Assembly (NCBI RefSeq): GCF_963921235.1
Contig: NC_086097.1
Coordinates: forward strand, 153,638,001-153,702,000
Direction: 5' to 3'
Length of the DNA: 64,000 nt
Source: Mobula hypostoma
Lineage: Eukaryota
Shown: positions 51,040 to 63,955 of the stretch, one piece after another
Position numbering within the stretch: position 1 is the first letter of the stretch
How the letters are laid out: each line of letters starts with the position of its first letter
Translations under genes and position numbers: made by a program
The notes under the pieces: generated by a model
Database searches by the model: none
Seen by the model: only the letters and a program-made list of their open reading frames with translations
Told to the model about the DNA's origin: nothing

Positions 51040-53560
51040 AGGCTGGAAAGGCAGATGAGCTCCAGGCATGGATCAACATCTGGAATTATGATATTGTAGC
51101 CATTAGTGAGACTTGGTTGCAGGAGGGGCAGGACTGGCAGCTCGGTATTCTGGGACCCATTATTTTAGACGAGACAGAACCAGGAAGGATTAAAGAGGGA
51201 GGGGTGGTGTTACCAGTCAGGGAAAATGTCACGGCAGTGCACAGTCAGGACAGACTGGAGAACTTGTCTAGTGAGGCATTGTGGGTGGACAGAGAAATAA
51301 GGAAGGTGTGACCACAATAATGGGGCTATATTACAGACCACTCAACAGACCAAAGGATTTAGAGAAGCAAGTCTGTAAGACACTGTTGCAAGAAACATAT
51401 GATTGTTATAGTAGGTGATTTTAACTTACCACGTATTGACTGGGACTCCCATGCTGTAAAAGGACTAGATAGGATGGAGTTTGACAGTAGCTTGTGAGGT
51501 GAACACAGCATCTAGTGATCAAAATGCCATTAGTTTCAAAGTAAATATGGAAAAAGATAGGTCTGGTCTGTGGATTGATATTCCAAATTGGAGAAAGGCC
51601 AATTTTGATGGTACAGAAAGGATCTGGCAAGTGTGGATTGGGACAGGCTGTATTCTGGCAAAGGTGTACTTGGGAAGTGGGAGGCCTTCAAAAGTGAAAT
51701 TTTGAGAGTACAAAGCTTGTATGTGCCTATCAGAATAAATGGTAAGGATGTCAGGTGTAGGGTACCTTGATTTACAAGAGATATTGAGGTCCTGGTTAAG
51801 AAATAAAGGTAGTGCATTGCAGATATGGGCAGGTAGGAACACCTGAGCTGCTGTCGGAGTGTAAGAAATGCAAGAGAACACTTAAGAAAGAAATCAGGAG
51901 GGCCAAAAGAAAGCAAGAGGTTGCCTCAGCAGACAAGGTGAAGGAGAATCCTAAGGGATTCTACAGATATGTCAAGAGCAAACGGATTGAAAGGGACAAA
52001 ATTGATCCTCTGGAAGATCAGAATAGTAATCCCTGCTTGGAGACAAAAGAGATGGGGAAGATCTTAAATGCAGTTTTTGCATCTGTATTTACTCAGGAAA
52101 TGGACACAGAATATATAGAAGTAAGTCAAAATAGCATCATATTCATGGACTCTATGTAGATTACATAGGAGGAGGTGTTTGCTGTGTTGAGGCAAATTAT
52201 GGGTGTTCCCTCAGACCCCGTGAGAGACAAGTGCAGAAATTAACAGGCCCCTAGCAGAGATATTGAAATCATTCTCAGTTACAGGTGAGGTGCGGAAGGA
52301 TTGGAGGATAGTTAACGCTCTTCTGCTGTTTAAGAAGGGCTCTAAAAGAAATAAACCAGGAAATTATAGGCCGGTGAGTCTGACATCAGTAGTGGGAAAA
52401 TTATTGGAAGGTGTTCTGAGGCACTGGATATATGAGTTTTTGAATGGATACAAACTAATTAAGAATAGTTAAAATAACTTTGTGAATGGTAGGTCCTACA
52501 TAGGTCCTACAACATCCTATTGAGTTTTTTGAGGATTTTTTCAGGAAAGTTGATGAAGGAAAGGCAGCGAATGTTGTCTACATGGATTTTAGCAAGGCAT
52601 TTGACAAGATCCCCCACGGGAGGTCGGTCAAGAAGGTTAAGTCACTCGCCATTCAAAATGAGGTGGTAAATTGGATTAGACACTGGCTTCTCCCACAGTC
52701 CTCTCTGACTGGAGAGTTGTGACTAGTGAAGTGCCACAGGGATCGGTGCTGGATCCATTGTTGTTTGTCATCTCTATCAATAATCTTGATGATAACGTGT
52801 TTAATTGTATCAGCAAATTTGTGGGTGACACCAAGACTTGGGGCGCAGTGGACAGCCAGGAAGACTTTCATGGATTGCAGAGGGATCTGCATCAGCTGGA
52901 AAAATGAGCTGAAAATGGCAAATGGAATTTAATGCAGGCAAGTGGTAGACATTGCACTTTGGTAGGACCAACCAGGGTAGGTTGGACGCTGAGAAGTGTA
53001 GTAGAACAAAGGGATCTAGAAATACAGGTCTGTAATTTATTGAAAGTTGCATTATAGATTGACAAAGTCATAAGAAAGCTTTTGGCACTTTGGCCTTCAT
53101 AAATCAAAGCATCAAGTACAGGAGATGGGTCATTGCATTGAAGTTATATAAGGCATTGGTGAGGCCTAATTTGGAGTATTGTGTACAGTTTTGGTCACCC
53201 ACCTACAGGAAAGATGTAAATAAGTTTGAAAGAGTACAGAGAAAATTTACAGGGATGTTGCCATGTGGAAGTGCCTGAGTTATGTGGAATGTCTGAAATG
53301 GTTAAGACTTTATTCCTTGGGGCACAGAAGAAAGAGTAGAGTTTTGATAGAAATATACAATATATATGAGGGGTATAGATAGGGTAAATGCAAGCAGGCT
53401 TTTTCCACTGAGGTTGGGTAGAACTACAACTAGAGGTCAGGGGTTAAGGGTAAAAGGTGAAAAGTTTAAAGGGAACATAAGGGGAAGCATCTTCACTCAG
53501 AGGGGGTTCATGAGAACATCAGTGCAAGTGGTGCATGCGAGCTCTAAGGAAATGACTGTA
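51040..53560 (+). mobile_element. CR1 ORF2, nearly full length but decayed
   Basis: NYDIVAISETWL, VGDFNLP, KENPKGFYRYVK, PGNYRPVSLTSVVGK, VPQGSVLDP, LVRPNLEYCVQFWSP, with many stops. Confidence 0.93.
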
Positions 53561-54289
53561 AGGAAATAGACTGATTCATATCTACTGATGGCTAATGGTA
53601 TCAGCCACTTTCAATACACCTTTTCTCTGACCGTATCATAAAGGCAGAGATGCAAGAGTCTGAGGCCAGCCACCAGTGAAATATTGGCCTACTGCATATG
53701 ATGGTTTCTCACTGTACTTATAAACTGATGCACTGAAGAGATGGGGTAAAGAAATTTCACATCAGGCCCTCAATTCTAGGTCACTGACATGACCTCATTC
53801 ATATAAATAATGTTGGAGATTTGTGGAAGAAGGCATGGGCTTGATTTATTTTATTTCATTGCCCCATATTTAATATTTCAATTATTTTTCACATTTTCAT
53901 CAGGTTTTAATTAAATGATTTTATTTATTTATTAATGGTGTGTTGCTCTGTTTAAGCATGCTAGACTATCAAACACATCTAAGCCTCAGAAGTCATTGCC
54001 TGTGCTTTTGTTACTCACTTGCAGATCTCTCTTGGGTGCTGAATCTAGCCCATCACAACCAGTAAAGTAAAGTCAGGGTGGTGAGCCTTGACAGTGGGCT
54101 TTGGATGGTAACTATTTAAATACTTGGATCCTTTCAGAAGCCTAAAACTTTTATCAGATATTCATTGGAATCATGATAACCATTACATTTTAAGGCTAGT
54201 GTAGGATTTCAATTTGATATAACGTCCTGGCTCTTTATAAAACCTGAGTTGGCTTCTTTAATTTTATAGAATCTGGACAGACATCAGAA

Positions 54290-54720
54290 CACAGTAAAAG
54301 AAAAGATTGTGGATGCTGGTAATCTGAAATAAAGCAGTTCCAGAAAGACTGAACAGATCAGGCAGCATCTATGAAAAGAGAATCAGAGGTAACATTTCAG
54401 ATCACACTTCTTTCATCAGAAGTTGAAACAGTTTTGATTTGGGAAGAAGGGAAAGAGAGGAGCTAGCAGAGGATGTCTGTAGTAGGATGGAGACTTTTCT
54501 TTGTCCAATCACTGAAATAAATTGGTGTCAACTGTTTGAAAAACTGAAAACATTTTTTAATTGTTAACTTCCCAAATTAGATGATGAGTTATCAATACTA
54601 ATTGCTTGATACTGTTATCAATATTAAACACTAATTCTGTTTGTCTCTCCGCAGTTGCTACTGCCTATTTCCAGCAACATCCTGTTTATATTTCAAAGCA
54701 TTTTTACTTCATCCTTTATG
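54290..54720. mobile_element. Old Penelope-derived repeats in inverted arrangement
   Basis: ggatgctggtaatctgaaat...ggcagcatct (minus) and gtctctccgcagttgct...tttccagca (plus). Confidence 0.55.
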
Positions 54721-54919
54721 AATTTTTTTGATCTTCTATATTGTATTGTTATCTATAATTGAAAAATTTTTATAGAAAGATAAAAGGTGTTAATGAAATA
54801 TATCACTGTCACACCCAGGATGGAATAAGTACCAGTTCTGCACCAATACCTGATTCTTTTTTCAGTATTGTATTTTTATAATAAAGCAATGATAAAATAA
54901 CAGAAACTATTTGAATAAA

Positions 54920-55142
54920 AACAACAGGAATTCTGCAGATGCTGGAAATTCAAGCAACACACATCAAAGTTGCTGGTGAACGCAGCAGGCCAAGCAGCAT
55001 CTGTAGGAAGAGGTGCAGTCGACGTTTCAGGCCGAGACCCTTCGTCCTGACTAAGGGTCTCGGCCTGAAACGTCGACTGCACCTCTTCCTACAAATGCTG
55101 CTTGGCCTGCTGCGTTCACCAGTAACTTTGATGTGTGTTGCT
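54920..55142. mobile_element. Palindromic Penelope-derived insertion
   Basis: Arms 54953-55046 and 55049-55142 are reverse complements with 3 mismatches by hand count. 14-bp TSD actatttgaataaa at 54906-54919 and 55143-55156. Confidence 0.92.
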
Positions 55143-55529
55143 ACTATTTGAATAAATCTCTTCCTTACCGTAGGCAATTCTTTATCTGTTTTGAGGTTTG
55201 AGCTTGATTTGCATGTGACATTATGAGATAATAATGACAGATTTGGAAGCATAGGGCACAATTTCCAAAATCTGGGAGTGATCTATAAAGAGAGATTTTG
55301 AGAGAGTATGGCAAGACTGGTTGATTATACAGACAAATGGGAGGTAAAATTTAGTACAATGCAGAGCATTGGCAGGAACAATGAGAAAGGCAAAATGAAC
55401 TAAAAGATACAATTCTGAACAGCAAGCTGAGGATGAGGCAGTAAGTGATCAAAGTGGCTGGCTTGTATGTGAATGCCATCAAAGAAGGATTTGAAAAGGG
55501 AAAGCTTTATAGAAGGTGTGGAAAAGATA

Positions 55530-56995
55530 ACTGGTATTCATATTGATCACTTGCATCAATCATCAGTCTTGTATACTGTTCATACAGATCAAATCTGCTA
55601 CATTCACGTAGAACAAGGGAAAACAATAATTATGCAGAATAAAATGTAAAGCTACAGAAAAAGTGCAGGTAAATAACGAAGTAGATTGTGAGGTCAAGCG
55701 TCCATCATACTGTCCATTGAAGAGTCTGATAACAGTGGGACAGAAGTTGTTCTTGAGCTAGGTGGTACATGTTTTCAGACTTTTGTATTTTCTGCCTGAT
55801 GGGAATGGGAGAAGAGACAATGTCCAGGGTGGGTAGGGTCTTTGATTATGCTGGGTGCTTTACTGAAGCAGTGAGGAGTATAGACCGAGTCCATAGAATG
55901 ATGTTTGGTTCCCGGATGTGCTAAGCTGTATGCACAACTCTCTGCAGTTTCTTGCCGTTATGTGCCATGCAATTGCTATACTGAGCAGTCATGAATCCAG
56001 ACAGAATGCTTTCGAAAATGCATCAATAAAATTGGTAAGGGTCGATAGGGATGTGCAGCATTTCTTTCTCCTCCGGAGGAATTAGAGGCATCAGTGAGAT
56101 TTCTTGGCCATGACATCAATGTGGCTGGACCAGGAAATTCTTTTGTTGATGTCCACTCTTTGGATCTTGAACATCACAACCCTCTCAACCTCAACACAGT
56201 TGATGTGGACAAGAGCATGTGCACTGACCACCCACCCCCACTGACCCTGTCTGAAGTCACGAACCAGCTCTTTTGATATAATTGAAGGAAAGGTTGTTGA
56301 CATGACATCATGTCACTAAGCTCTCTAACTCCCTTCTGTACTCCAACTCATCATTATTTGAAAGCTGGCATGCTACGATGGCATCATCTGGAAACTTGTA
56401 AATACAAATTACAAACCTGTAAAACCAATTACTACCCCTCAATCATCAGGTGCTTGAACAAAGGGGGATAACTACACATTCTATTTCTAGTGTTCCCACA
56501 ACTGATTTAAGACTACATTTAAGAATTGTTATTTTATGCTCTCATTATTTATTGCTATTTGTTTATATTTGCATTTGCACCGATTGTTGTTCATTGATCC
56601 TGTTTACAGTTACTGTTCTATAGTTTTGCTAAGAATGCCCACAGGAATAAAAATCTCAGGGTTGTATGTGATGACATGAATGGACTCTGATAATAAATTT
56701 TACTTTGAACTTTGAGAGTTGGAGCAGAACCTGGTTGTGCAGTGGTGTGTGTACAGGATGAAGAGAGGGGCTGAAAGCACAACCTTGTGGGGCATCAGAG
56801 TTGTGAATAATTGTGGTGGAGGTTTTTCTACCTATCTTTACTGAATGTGGTCTTTTGGTCAGGAAGTCAATGATCTAGTTGCAGAGGGAGGGATTGACTC
56901 CCAGGGTCTGGAGATTCATGGTGAATTTGCATGGAACAATAATGCTGAAGATGGAGCTGTAGTCAATAAACAATAGTCTGATGTAGATGTGTCAA
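55530..56995 (-). mobile_element. Rex1/Babar LINE 3' fragment with a nested sense Rex1-type tail (about 56420-56715)
   Basis: VERVVMFK...ISWSSHIDVMAKK; antisense gtagtcaataaacaatagtctga (RLLFIDY); nested tail aataaattttactttgaactttga. Confidence 0.8.
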
Positions 56996-58669
56996 CATCC
57001 ATTGCTTTAGGAGGCACTCTGTTCCACTTATTGACAGAACTCACTACTCTTAAGAGTATTAGGAACTCTTAAGCACTTGACTAAGAACCTTTTCAGGCTG
57101 GATTGAGGAAATATTAGCATATTTGTATTTACCAACCCAACAGAAATTATTCAATTAAAATAAGGATGATCATAACCGGTTCCCCACTACTTCAGAGAGG
57201 CATGGAGGGAAATCATCTGCTAACCAGAGATACTCCGAATGCTTCGTACCTTTCCTTTCCATAACATATTACCTATCCTTAAAAGGTTTGCTCATTGGAC
57301 TTAGTTAATGTACTGGATGAGTATATGTGAATTAGCATAATAAACTTATTTGTGTACCAGATTTCATATAGCTTTGCTCAGGTACCTATACAATTTTGAT
57401 ATGCCCTTGACAATCAAGATGGAAGTACCAGATTAGTTTTAGTATCTCAAGGTGAGAGGGAAGATATATTTTTGTCTTAATGCTTGAAGTTACTGCAAAC
57501 TACCTGTAGAACCTACAGGTAAATGAAGGCAGGTTCTGATTTAATGTTTAGGTAATTTAAGGCCTTTGATCACATCTAAAGATTTTTCAAAATTCAGTGT
57601 AGCTCAGTTGGTAACTTATGCCAGAAACATTCTAAAACCCCAATAAAATAAAGTTCATTTTAGGTAGTGCTGCAAGATACATCTTAGGATGCACTGGAAC
57701 ACATCATCAGTGACGTCAGCTGGGTCATTGGTGTTTTGAACCTTTCAACACCACCCTCACCAAGGCAACCCAGCCAGGGTTGATCAGGCTCTGGGTTGTA
57801 CCCCAGCAGTATTAGTCTACGGGTCACACCTCTTGATCCATAGCCATCTGAAGCCTCACTCAGCAACATCTGACAGTCCTGCTAGAAGACTGTCAAATAG
57901 AGATTAACTACCATTCATATACAGTATAGTCCTCATGAGCTTTTAGTAATGCTAGAGCAACCAGCTTTTTTCCTGTGCCCAAATTTATTGTAGTAGTCTC
58001 CCATCACTCACCCCAAGTCGGGAGCATGTAATTATCCTGATATGTCAGAGCAGTTAGGAGGATGCCTGCATTCTCACAAGTCAATAGATCAGCTGGACAT
58101 TGATGACTACAGTGTCCTCTGTGAAAAGCAACAGTGTGTCTTTTCTCCATCAACATCATCAAAAGAAAAATGATTGGCAGGTGTTTACCTGATATTTGAT
58201 GGATTGCGGAGTACAGAGTCTGGAAGTCGTTCCAATGCAGATGCACAACAAGTGTTACAAAGAACAAAGGAAAAATAATTCTAAAAGGCAAAAATAGTAC
58301 CTTGAGCAAAATAGATTAAATATTTCTAATCTCCTAAGCAAGAGGCAAATGTTCTGCAATTCTGTCAGCTAATGCTAACTAAAACAAAGTCATAAATATG
58401 AAATGATCATGACAATTTTCATAACTTCCATTATATGCTTGTCAATAATGTTTACTAAAGACTGCAATATTTTTTCAAGATCATTTGTAGTGTATAGAGA
58501 ATGTAAATTCATTATTGGATTTCTGCCTACTGAAAAGATCTTACAGTGGAAACATTTCCAATTAATGGACAGTTCAGTGTTAATCGATAACACCCATTAT
58601 TTGAAATCTTCTTAAATAATTCAACTCCACAGTATCTCAATCCAAGACACTATTATTATTTCAAAGGGA

Positions 58670-58737
58670 GAAAGAGAGAGGGAGTGTGTGAGAGACAGAG
58701 GGAGAGGGAGAGGAGAGAGGGAGAGGGAGAAGGAGAT
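58670..58737. repeat. (GA)-rich microsatellite
   Basis: agagagagggag...gagagggagaggag visible in the sequence. Confidence 0.85.
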
Positions 58738-59344
58738 TGAAAAAACATAGATGGACTGATTCTTTTGGGGAGCAGGTTTTAACTAGGGGAGATTTCCATG
58801 TCAGTAGATGTAAAGGTAAAATTCCTCCGGGCCAAATGCATTGAATCCAGACAGATTATATGTAAATTATAGACTTTCTTTATATCCTACCAGTATGCTG
58901 GTTGCCCAAAATGGATGTGAAAAGATGGCTGGCTTGAGGCTTTTGGACAGTTTAAAGGTATCCAGCTTACTTTAATAGAGTACTGAGGATTTAATGGAAC
59001 GTTTCAACAACATGTCAACAAGATGTCCTCAATATTCAGGCTGAGTGGGTCAGCTGAGGTACTTGTTGATCTGCTGAAGTTTGAAGGAACTAATTATTCC
59101 AATGTGTCTCCGCAGTTTGCCATCAGTCAGGAGCAGTGTTTACGCTATATGCTGGGATTTAACCTTCTACGTAAAGGGAGTTTGAACTCTGCTGTGTCTT
59201 ACTTGTAGGGTTGAATCTGACTTGCATGAATTTTTTTTCCTTTAGGAATCACCCCAAAAGAAAATTTTAGATGTCATTTTTCATTTGTTGTTGTTCTTGG
59301 CTAAAGGCATAATTATCATTTTATTTATCAAATCCTTTATCTTA

Positions 59345-59735
59345 ATCGAAGTTCAAAGTAAAGTTTATTATCTGAGTACATACACATCACCACATGCAAC
59401 CCTGAGATTCTTTTTCCTGTGGGCATACTTAGCAAATCTATAGAACAGTAACTGTAAACAGTATCAATGAACAACAAACTACAAATGCAAACATAAATAA
59501 AAAGCGTTAAATTATGAGCATGAAATAACAAGATAAAGAGTCCTTAAAGTGAGACCATTTGTTGTGGGAATACTAGAAATAGAACAAAAGCGGTTATATC
59601 CTTTTGTTCAAGAGCCTGATGGTTGAGGGGTTGTTACCATTCCTGAACCTGATGGTACAAATCCTGAAGCACCACTACCTTCTACCTCTGTAGTGAGGAT
59701 CTCTGATGATGGATACTGCTTTACTACGACAACAT
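59345..59735 (-). mobile_element. Rex1-type LINE 3' end
   Basis: Reverse complement of the tail at 56420-56715 (gttcaaagtaaagtttattatc...gttgagggg). Confidence 0.75.
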
Positions 59736-60649
59736 TACGGCAATAAGCCATGCATTTAACGAATCAGTTCCACTAGCTCAATTGAAGCGAGAGAGTGAAA
59801 GTACTTTCTGTGGGGAGGAGGAAGTGAGGTAGGATGCTGGTATTGTATAATAACTTCTGATTTTCTGCAAACTATTGATCAAAATTTTAATGAGCACTCA
59901 AGCAATTATAAAAATTTTGCTGTTCTCCAAAGTGAATGAGATGACCAGGCTAGAACCCAATAATAGATGAACTACTTCCTCTTTCCCAAAAGCAATTAAT
60001 CAAATTGTTGGAAGCAGACTACCTCAGACAACGGTAGTCTTGGATAAAAGCAGAAAATGCCAGAAATATTCATAAATCAGGCAGCATCTGTGAAGAGAGA
60101 ACAAAAATTAACATTTCAGAACAATAACCTTTCATCAGATTCTATATTGCTTGCACATGAATATGATTTAAATGCATTTTCAGTTGATTATATTCTCTGC
60201 TGACTGTAACAGATAAAATAAAAGATAATCTTGGTAAAGCAGCATTTTGTTATAATTCTCTGTGGTTATTTCCTCCTTTAATCTACCTTCTAAAGTTCAA
60301 AGAAACCTATTTGAAAGAAAAGCAACATGATCTAAAAACAACATAGGCAAAATGGTTTATGCCATTAACTTTGTTAAAGAAGAACAGAATTCAAAGAGTA
60401 ACCAGCCAATTTTAAACTTTAATAAGCAAAACATTTTATATGCAATAATGATGTTCAACTGGAACAAAGGATATTTTTGCTAAAATTTACAAATTATTGC
60501 GATTTTTAAATTTTAATTCTGTTTAATGGAAAGTGCTGCACATCAGTATGATACCTTCATCCTTTTATTTTCACTTCTATAAAAAAGTCTTGTAATTTCC
60601 TGAATCTGCTGGAATTCTCTTACATGTAGTTTAGAATTGTTGCCGAGTT

Positions 60650-60855
60650 GCCAGCTGGTGGAGTAATGGCATCAGCATTGGACTTGAAGGCAGATGGTCC
60701 TGAGTTCAGACTCAGCCAGGTCCCAACCTGGGCAGCGGTAGTATCTGCCAGGAGGAAAGGCCTGGCAATCTACTTCCGTATCTTGCCATGAAAACCCTAT
60801 GGACCCAATGGTTCATGGGGTCATGAAGAGTTGGACTCGACTTAATGACCACTCG
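60650..60855 (+). mobile_element. tRNA-headed SINE with an RTE/BovB-like tail
   Basis: Head tggagtaatggc...gagttcagactc; tail ggcaatctacttccgtatcttgccatgaaaaccctatggac...catggggtcatgaagagttggactcgact. Confidence 0.7.
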
Positions 60856-61169
60856 AGAAAACTGAATACAAAATCCAAACATAAACAGTACTCTGGTTGT
60901 GTTGCACTATCAAATGTGACATTGTTCATTGAAATCAGGAGTGTAACAGATATGGCTTCCATACCTGCCTCTTTAAATCTTCAAATGTAGATGAGAGAAG
61001 CAGAACTTTGCAGAAGGTATATTTTATTTGAACTGATACAGAAATAACAATGACTCTGATAACAACTAAGTTCCCTTATGAAAGAAGGATAATAAAAAAT
61101 GTACATGAAAGGAACTCCATAATATGATTGGTAATTATCTTTGAAAGAAGGATGACAGAAAAGTGATCA

Positions 61170-61206
61170 GCTCTCTCTCTCACACACACACACACATACA
61201 CACACA
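61170..61206. repeat. (CT)n(CA)n compound microsatellite
   Basis: ctctctctctcacacacacacacacatacacacaca visible in the sequence. Confidence 0.9.
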
Positions 61207-61829
61207 GTTAGATTGTGGCTAACTGAAATGAAAAAGACGAATGTCTAACTCTAGTGGCAGAACTGGCCGGGGACAGATAAATAATCTTAGTGCAGTATTG
61301 AATGTCACTGTGCATGTTGTCCTGCTAATGGCTTCATCATTTGTTCTGGTGTCAATGAATTAATGAAGTGAATATAATTGAAGTGAAACAAGAGCAGTTT
61401 TAGTGTGATGGTGAAAACGTGTTTGTATTTTCATTTCCTAGTGAACAGATTTTAAGAGCCATGCTTGTCAGGATGAAATCTGTGTCAGAAGGAGTTAGAT
61501 GTTATTTTGGTTTGTAAAGATTAAACTCCAAGTTCATATAGAATGTGAACATTATTTGAGTCCCGAAGTGGCTTTCAGTTTAGCAAGCAATTCCAGATAT
61601 GACTAATCAAGCAGTATTTCATTTTCACATCCATTAATTTTCCATTTGAGTTTGGAATTTGAATTATCATTTACTAATATCATTTCTTATCCTTCAGTTA
61701 TTTTCAAATCATACAGATATATATGCTAACCTTGACTTAATGATAGCTTTCTCTTCATTGATTTAAGCCCTACTACAGGGAACTGGGCATAAAATCCAAC
61801 CCTAAACAGTACCGTGCAAGTGCTCCACT

Positions 61830-62150
61830 AACAGACTCCCTGTTATTCAGATAAGGCATTGAAATGTCACCATATTGTCCTCACAGGTGGACATAAATTA
61901 TTTCAGAGCATTATTTTGAAAATGAACACTGAGCTTCTCCCCAGTGTCCTAGCCAATATTAATCTCACTGCCAACATCACTAAAGAAAACATGTTATCTG
62001 ATTGGCACTTTAATGCAGTTTGTGGGAGCTTGCTGTGGGCACATTGTTTATGATGTTTCCTACATCATAACAGCAGTAACATGACAATATAATTAACACT
62101 TTATAAGGTTATGAAGGGCAAGAATCCTGATGATTAAATGAAAGGGCTTT
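61830..62150 (+). mobile_element. Deu-domain SINE (SacSINE1/AmnSINE-like)
   Basis: ttctccccagtgtcctagccaatatt...aacatcactaaa...gtttgtgggagcttgctgtg...gtttcctacat matches the DeuSINE central domain as recalled. Confidence 0.75.
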
Positions 62151-62344
62151 TTATCTTTCACCATGTTGAAGAATTCTCTTACTAGGCAAGCCTTTTGCAT
62201 CATCCAAGCCTAATTGTAATCACCATGCTCTCTGCACAGAAACTTCTTACTCAGAACTTGCCAATTCCCATTAATTTCAACAATTCCTCACTAACTCATG
62301 AAAGTAACAATTGACAATGCCTGAGTCTTGTGAGCTGATTTCTA

Positions 62345-63090
62345 AGTATAGATTAAGCATTTTGGAATGTCAGACAGAAGGGCAGGACATGTAGAGTGAA
62401 TGGTAGAGCACTAGGGAATGGTGATCATAAGGGGAATCTTTGGGTTCAATTTTATTGTGTGTGTGTCTGTGTGTGGAGTGTGGCAAAGTAAGTAGATAGG
62501 ATGGTAAAGAGGCATTTGGCACGTTTGCCTTCATAGTTCAGGCGTAATTTTCTTAAAAGGTGACAGTTATGTTCCAACTTTATAGAACACTGACTAGACC
62601 ACATTTGAAGCATTATGTACAGTTTAAACTAAGTAAGGATGTAGTTGTGCTAGAGAGAATGGAGAGGAGATCCACTAGGATAACTCCTGGATTAGTTATG
62701 GAGAGAGATTGGATGGGCTGGATCCAAGGAAATTGAAGGATTTCCTGTTCGAGCTATATAAAATTAGAGGAGGCATATATAGATAGCCAATACCATTTTC
62801 CCATAGCAGTGGTATCAAAAACAAGAGGGCATAGGTGAGAGGAAGGAGATTTAAAAGGAAAGTTTCTTTAGAGGATGGTGTTTATCTGAAACTCACCTGC
62901 TGAATGTGTTGGTGGTGTCAGATACATCCATTAGGGTTAAAAGATATTTAGAGAAACACTTAAATATGCGAAACATAGAGGGATATAGACCTAGTGCAGG
63001 CAAATGGGAGCAGTGTAGTTGGACAAAAAGGTTGACATTGACGTGTTGGGCTGAAGGGCCTTGTTTTGAGCTGTACAACTCTTAACTCTT
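62345..63090 (+). mobile_element. Old CR1 3' fragment
   Basis: LYRTLTRPHLKHYVQF and KTRGHR, with tail actcttaactcttaa. Confidence 0.8.
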
Positions 63091-63350
63091 AAGATTCCCT
63101 GGTGTTTTTGTGTTATGTTTGTACTCCCTTTTACAAGATCACCGTGCAGTTCCACTTGTGTGATGACCATCTAAGATGGTCCTCTTGTTGATCTCTGACA
63201 TAGTATGGTAAGGTTTCTTGCAATAATGCTTAACACTAAGAAGTAAATCCCCACAGCAAGGTAAGTAACCCAAATCAGTGTGAGTCAATCAATGTCAAAA
63301 TATATGTTTGCATAAACTGTAATGCCCAGTATATCCTGTGCATCAATGTT

Positions 63351-63517
63351 ACTCCTGGATTAGTTATGAAGAGAGATTGGATGGGCTGGATCCAAGGAAA
63401 TTGAAGGATTTCCAGTTCGAGCTATATAAAATTAGAGGAGGCATATATAGATAGCCAATACCTTTTTCCCATAGCAGTGGTATCAAAAACAAGAGGACAT
63501 AGGTGAGAGGAAGGAGA
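63351..63517 (+). repeat. 167-bp direct duplication of 62683-62849
   Basis: Ungapped match at offset 668 with 4 mismatches by hand count. Confidence 0.95.
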
Positions 63518-63955
63518 CATTGAACAAGTTAGGTCTTTATTCTTTGGAGCGTAGAAGGTTGACGGGGTCTTGATAGAGGTGTTTAAAATTATGAGGGGGA
63601 TTGATAGAGTTGACATGGATAGGCTTTTTCCATTGAGAGTTGGGAAGGTTCAAACAAGAGGACATGAGTTGAGAGTTAAAGGACAAAAGTTTAGGGGTAA
63701 CATGAGGGGGAGCTTCTTTACTCAGAGAGTGGTAGCTTTGTGGAACGAGCTTCCAGCAGAAGTGGTTGAGGCAGGTTCAATGTTGTTGTTTAACGTTAAA
63801 TTGGATAGCTATATGGACAGGAAAGGAATGGAGGGTTATGGGCTGAGTGCAGGTCGGTGGGACTAGGTGAGAGTAAGAGTTCGGCACAGACTAGAAGGGC
63901 TGAGATGGCCTGTTTCCGTGCTGTAATTGTTATATGGTTATATTTATATATGGTT
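63518..63955 (+). mobile_element. Younger CR1 3' fragment
   Basis: Open ORF 63570-63866 (IEVFKIMRG...FFTQRVVALWNELP), with a (ttatatgg)n-like tail. Confidence 0.92.

Noticed and set aside
54953..55142. Hairpin as a conserved pre-miRNA or a DNA-transposon MITE
   Set aside because: The arms derive from the PLE 3' repeat, and the 14-bp TSD and asymmetric extension fit retrotransposition.
63137..63266. Good acceptor plus two strong donors (gtaagg, gtaagt)
   Set aside because: All three frames contain stops, so it cannot be supported as coding. A non-coding exon cannot be tested here.
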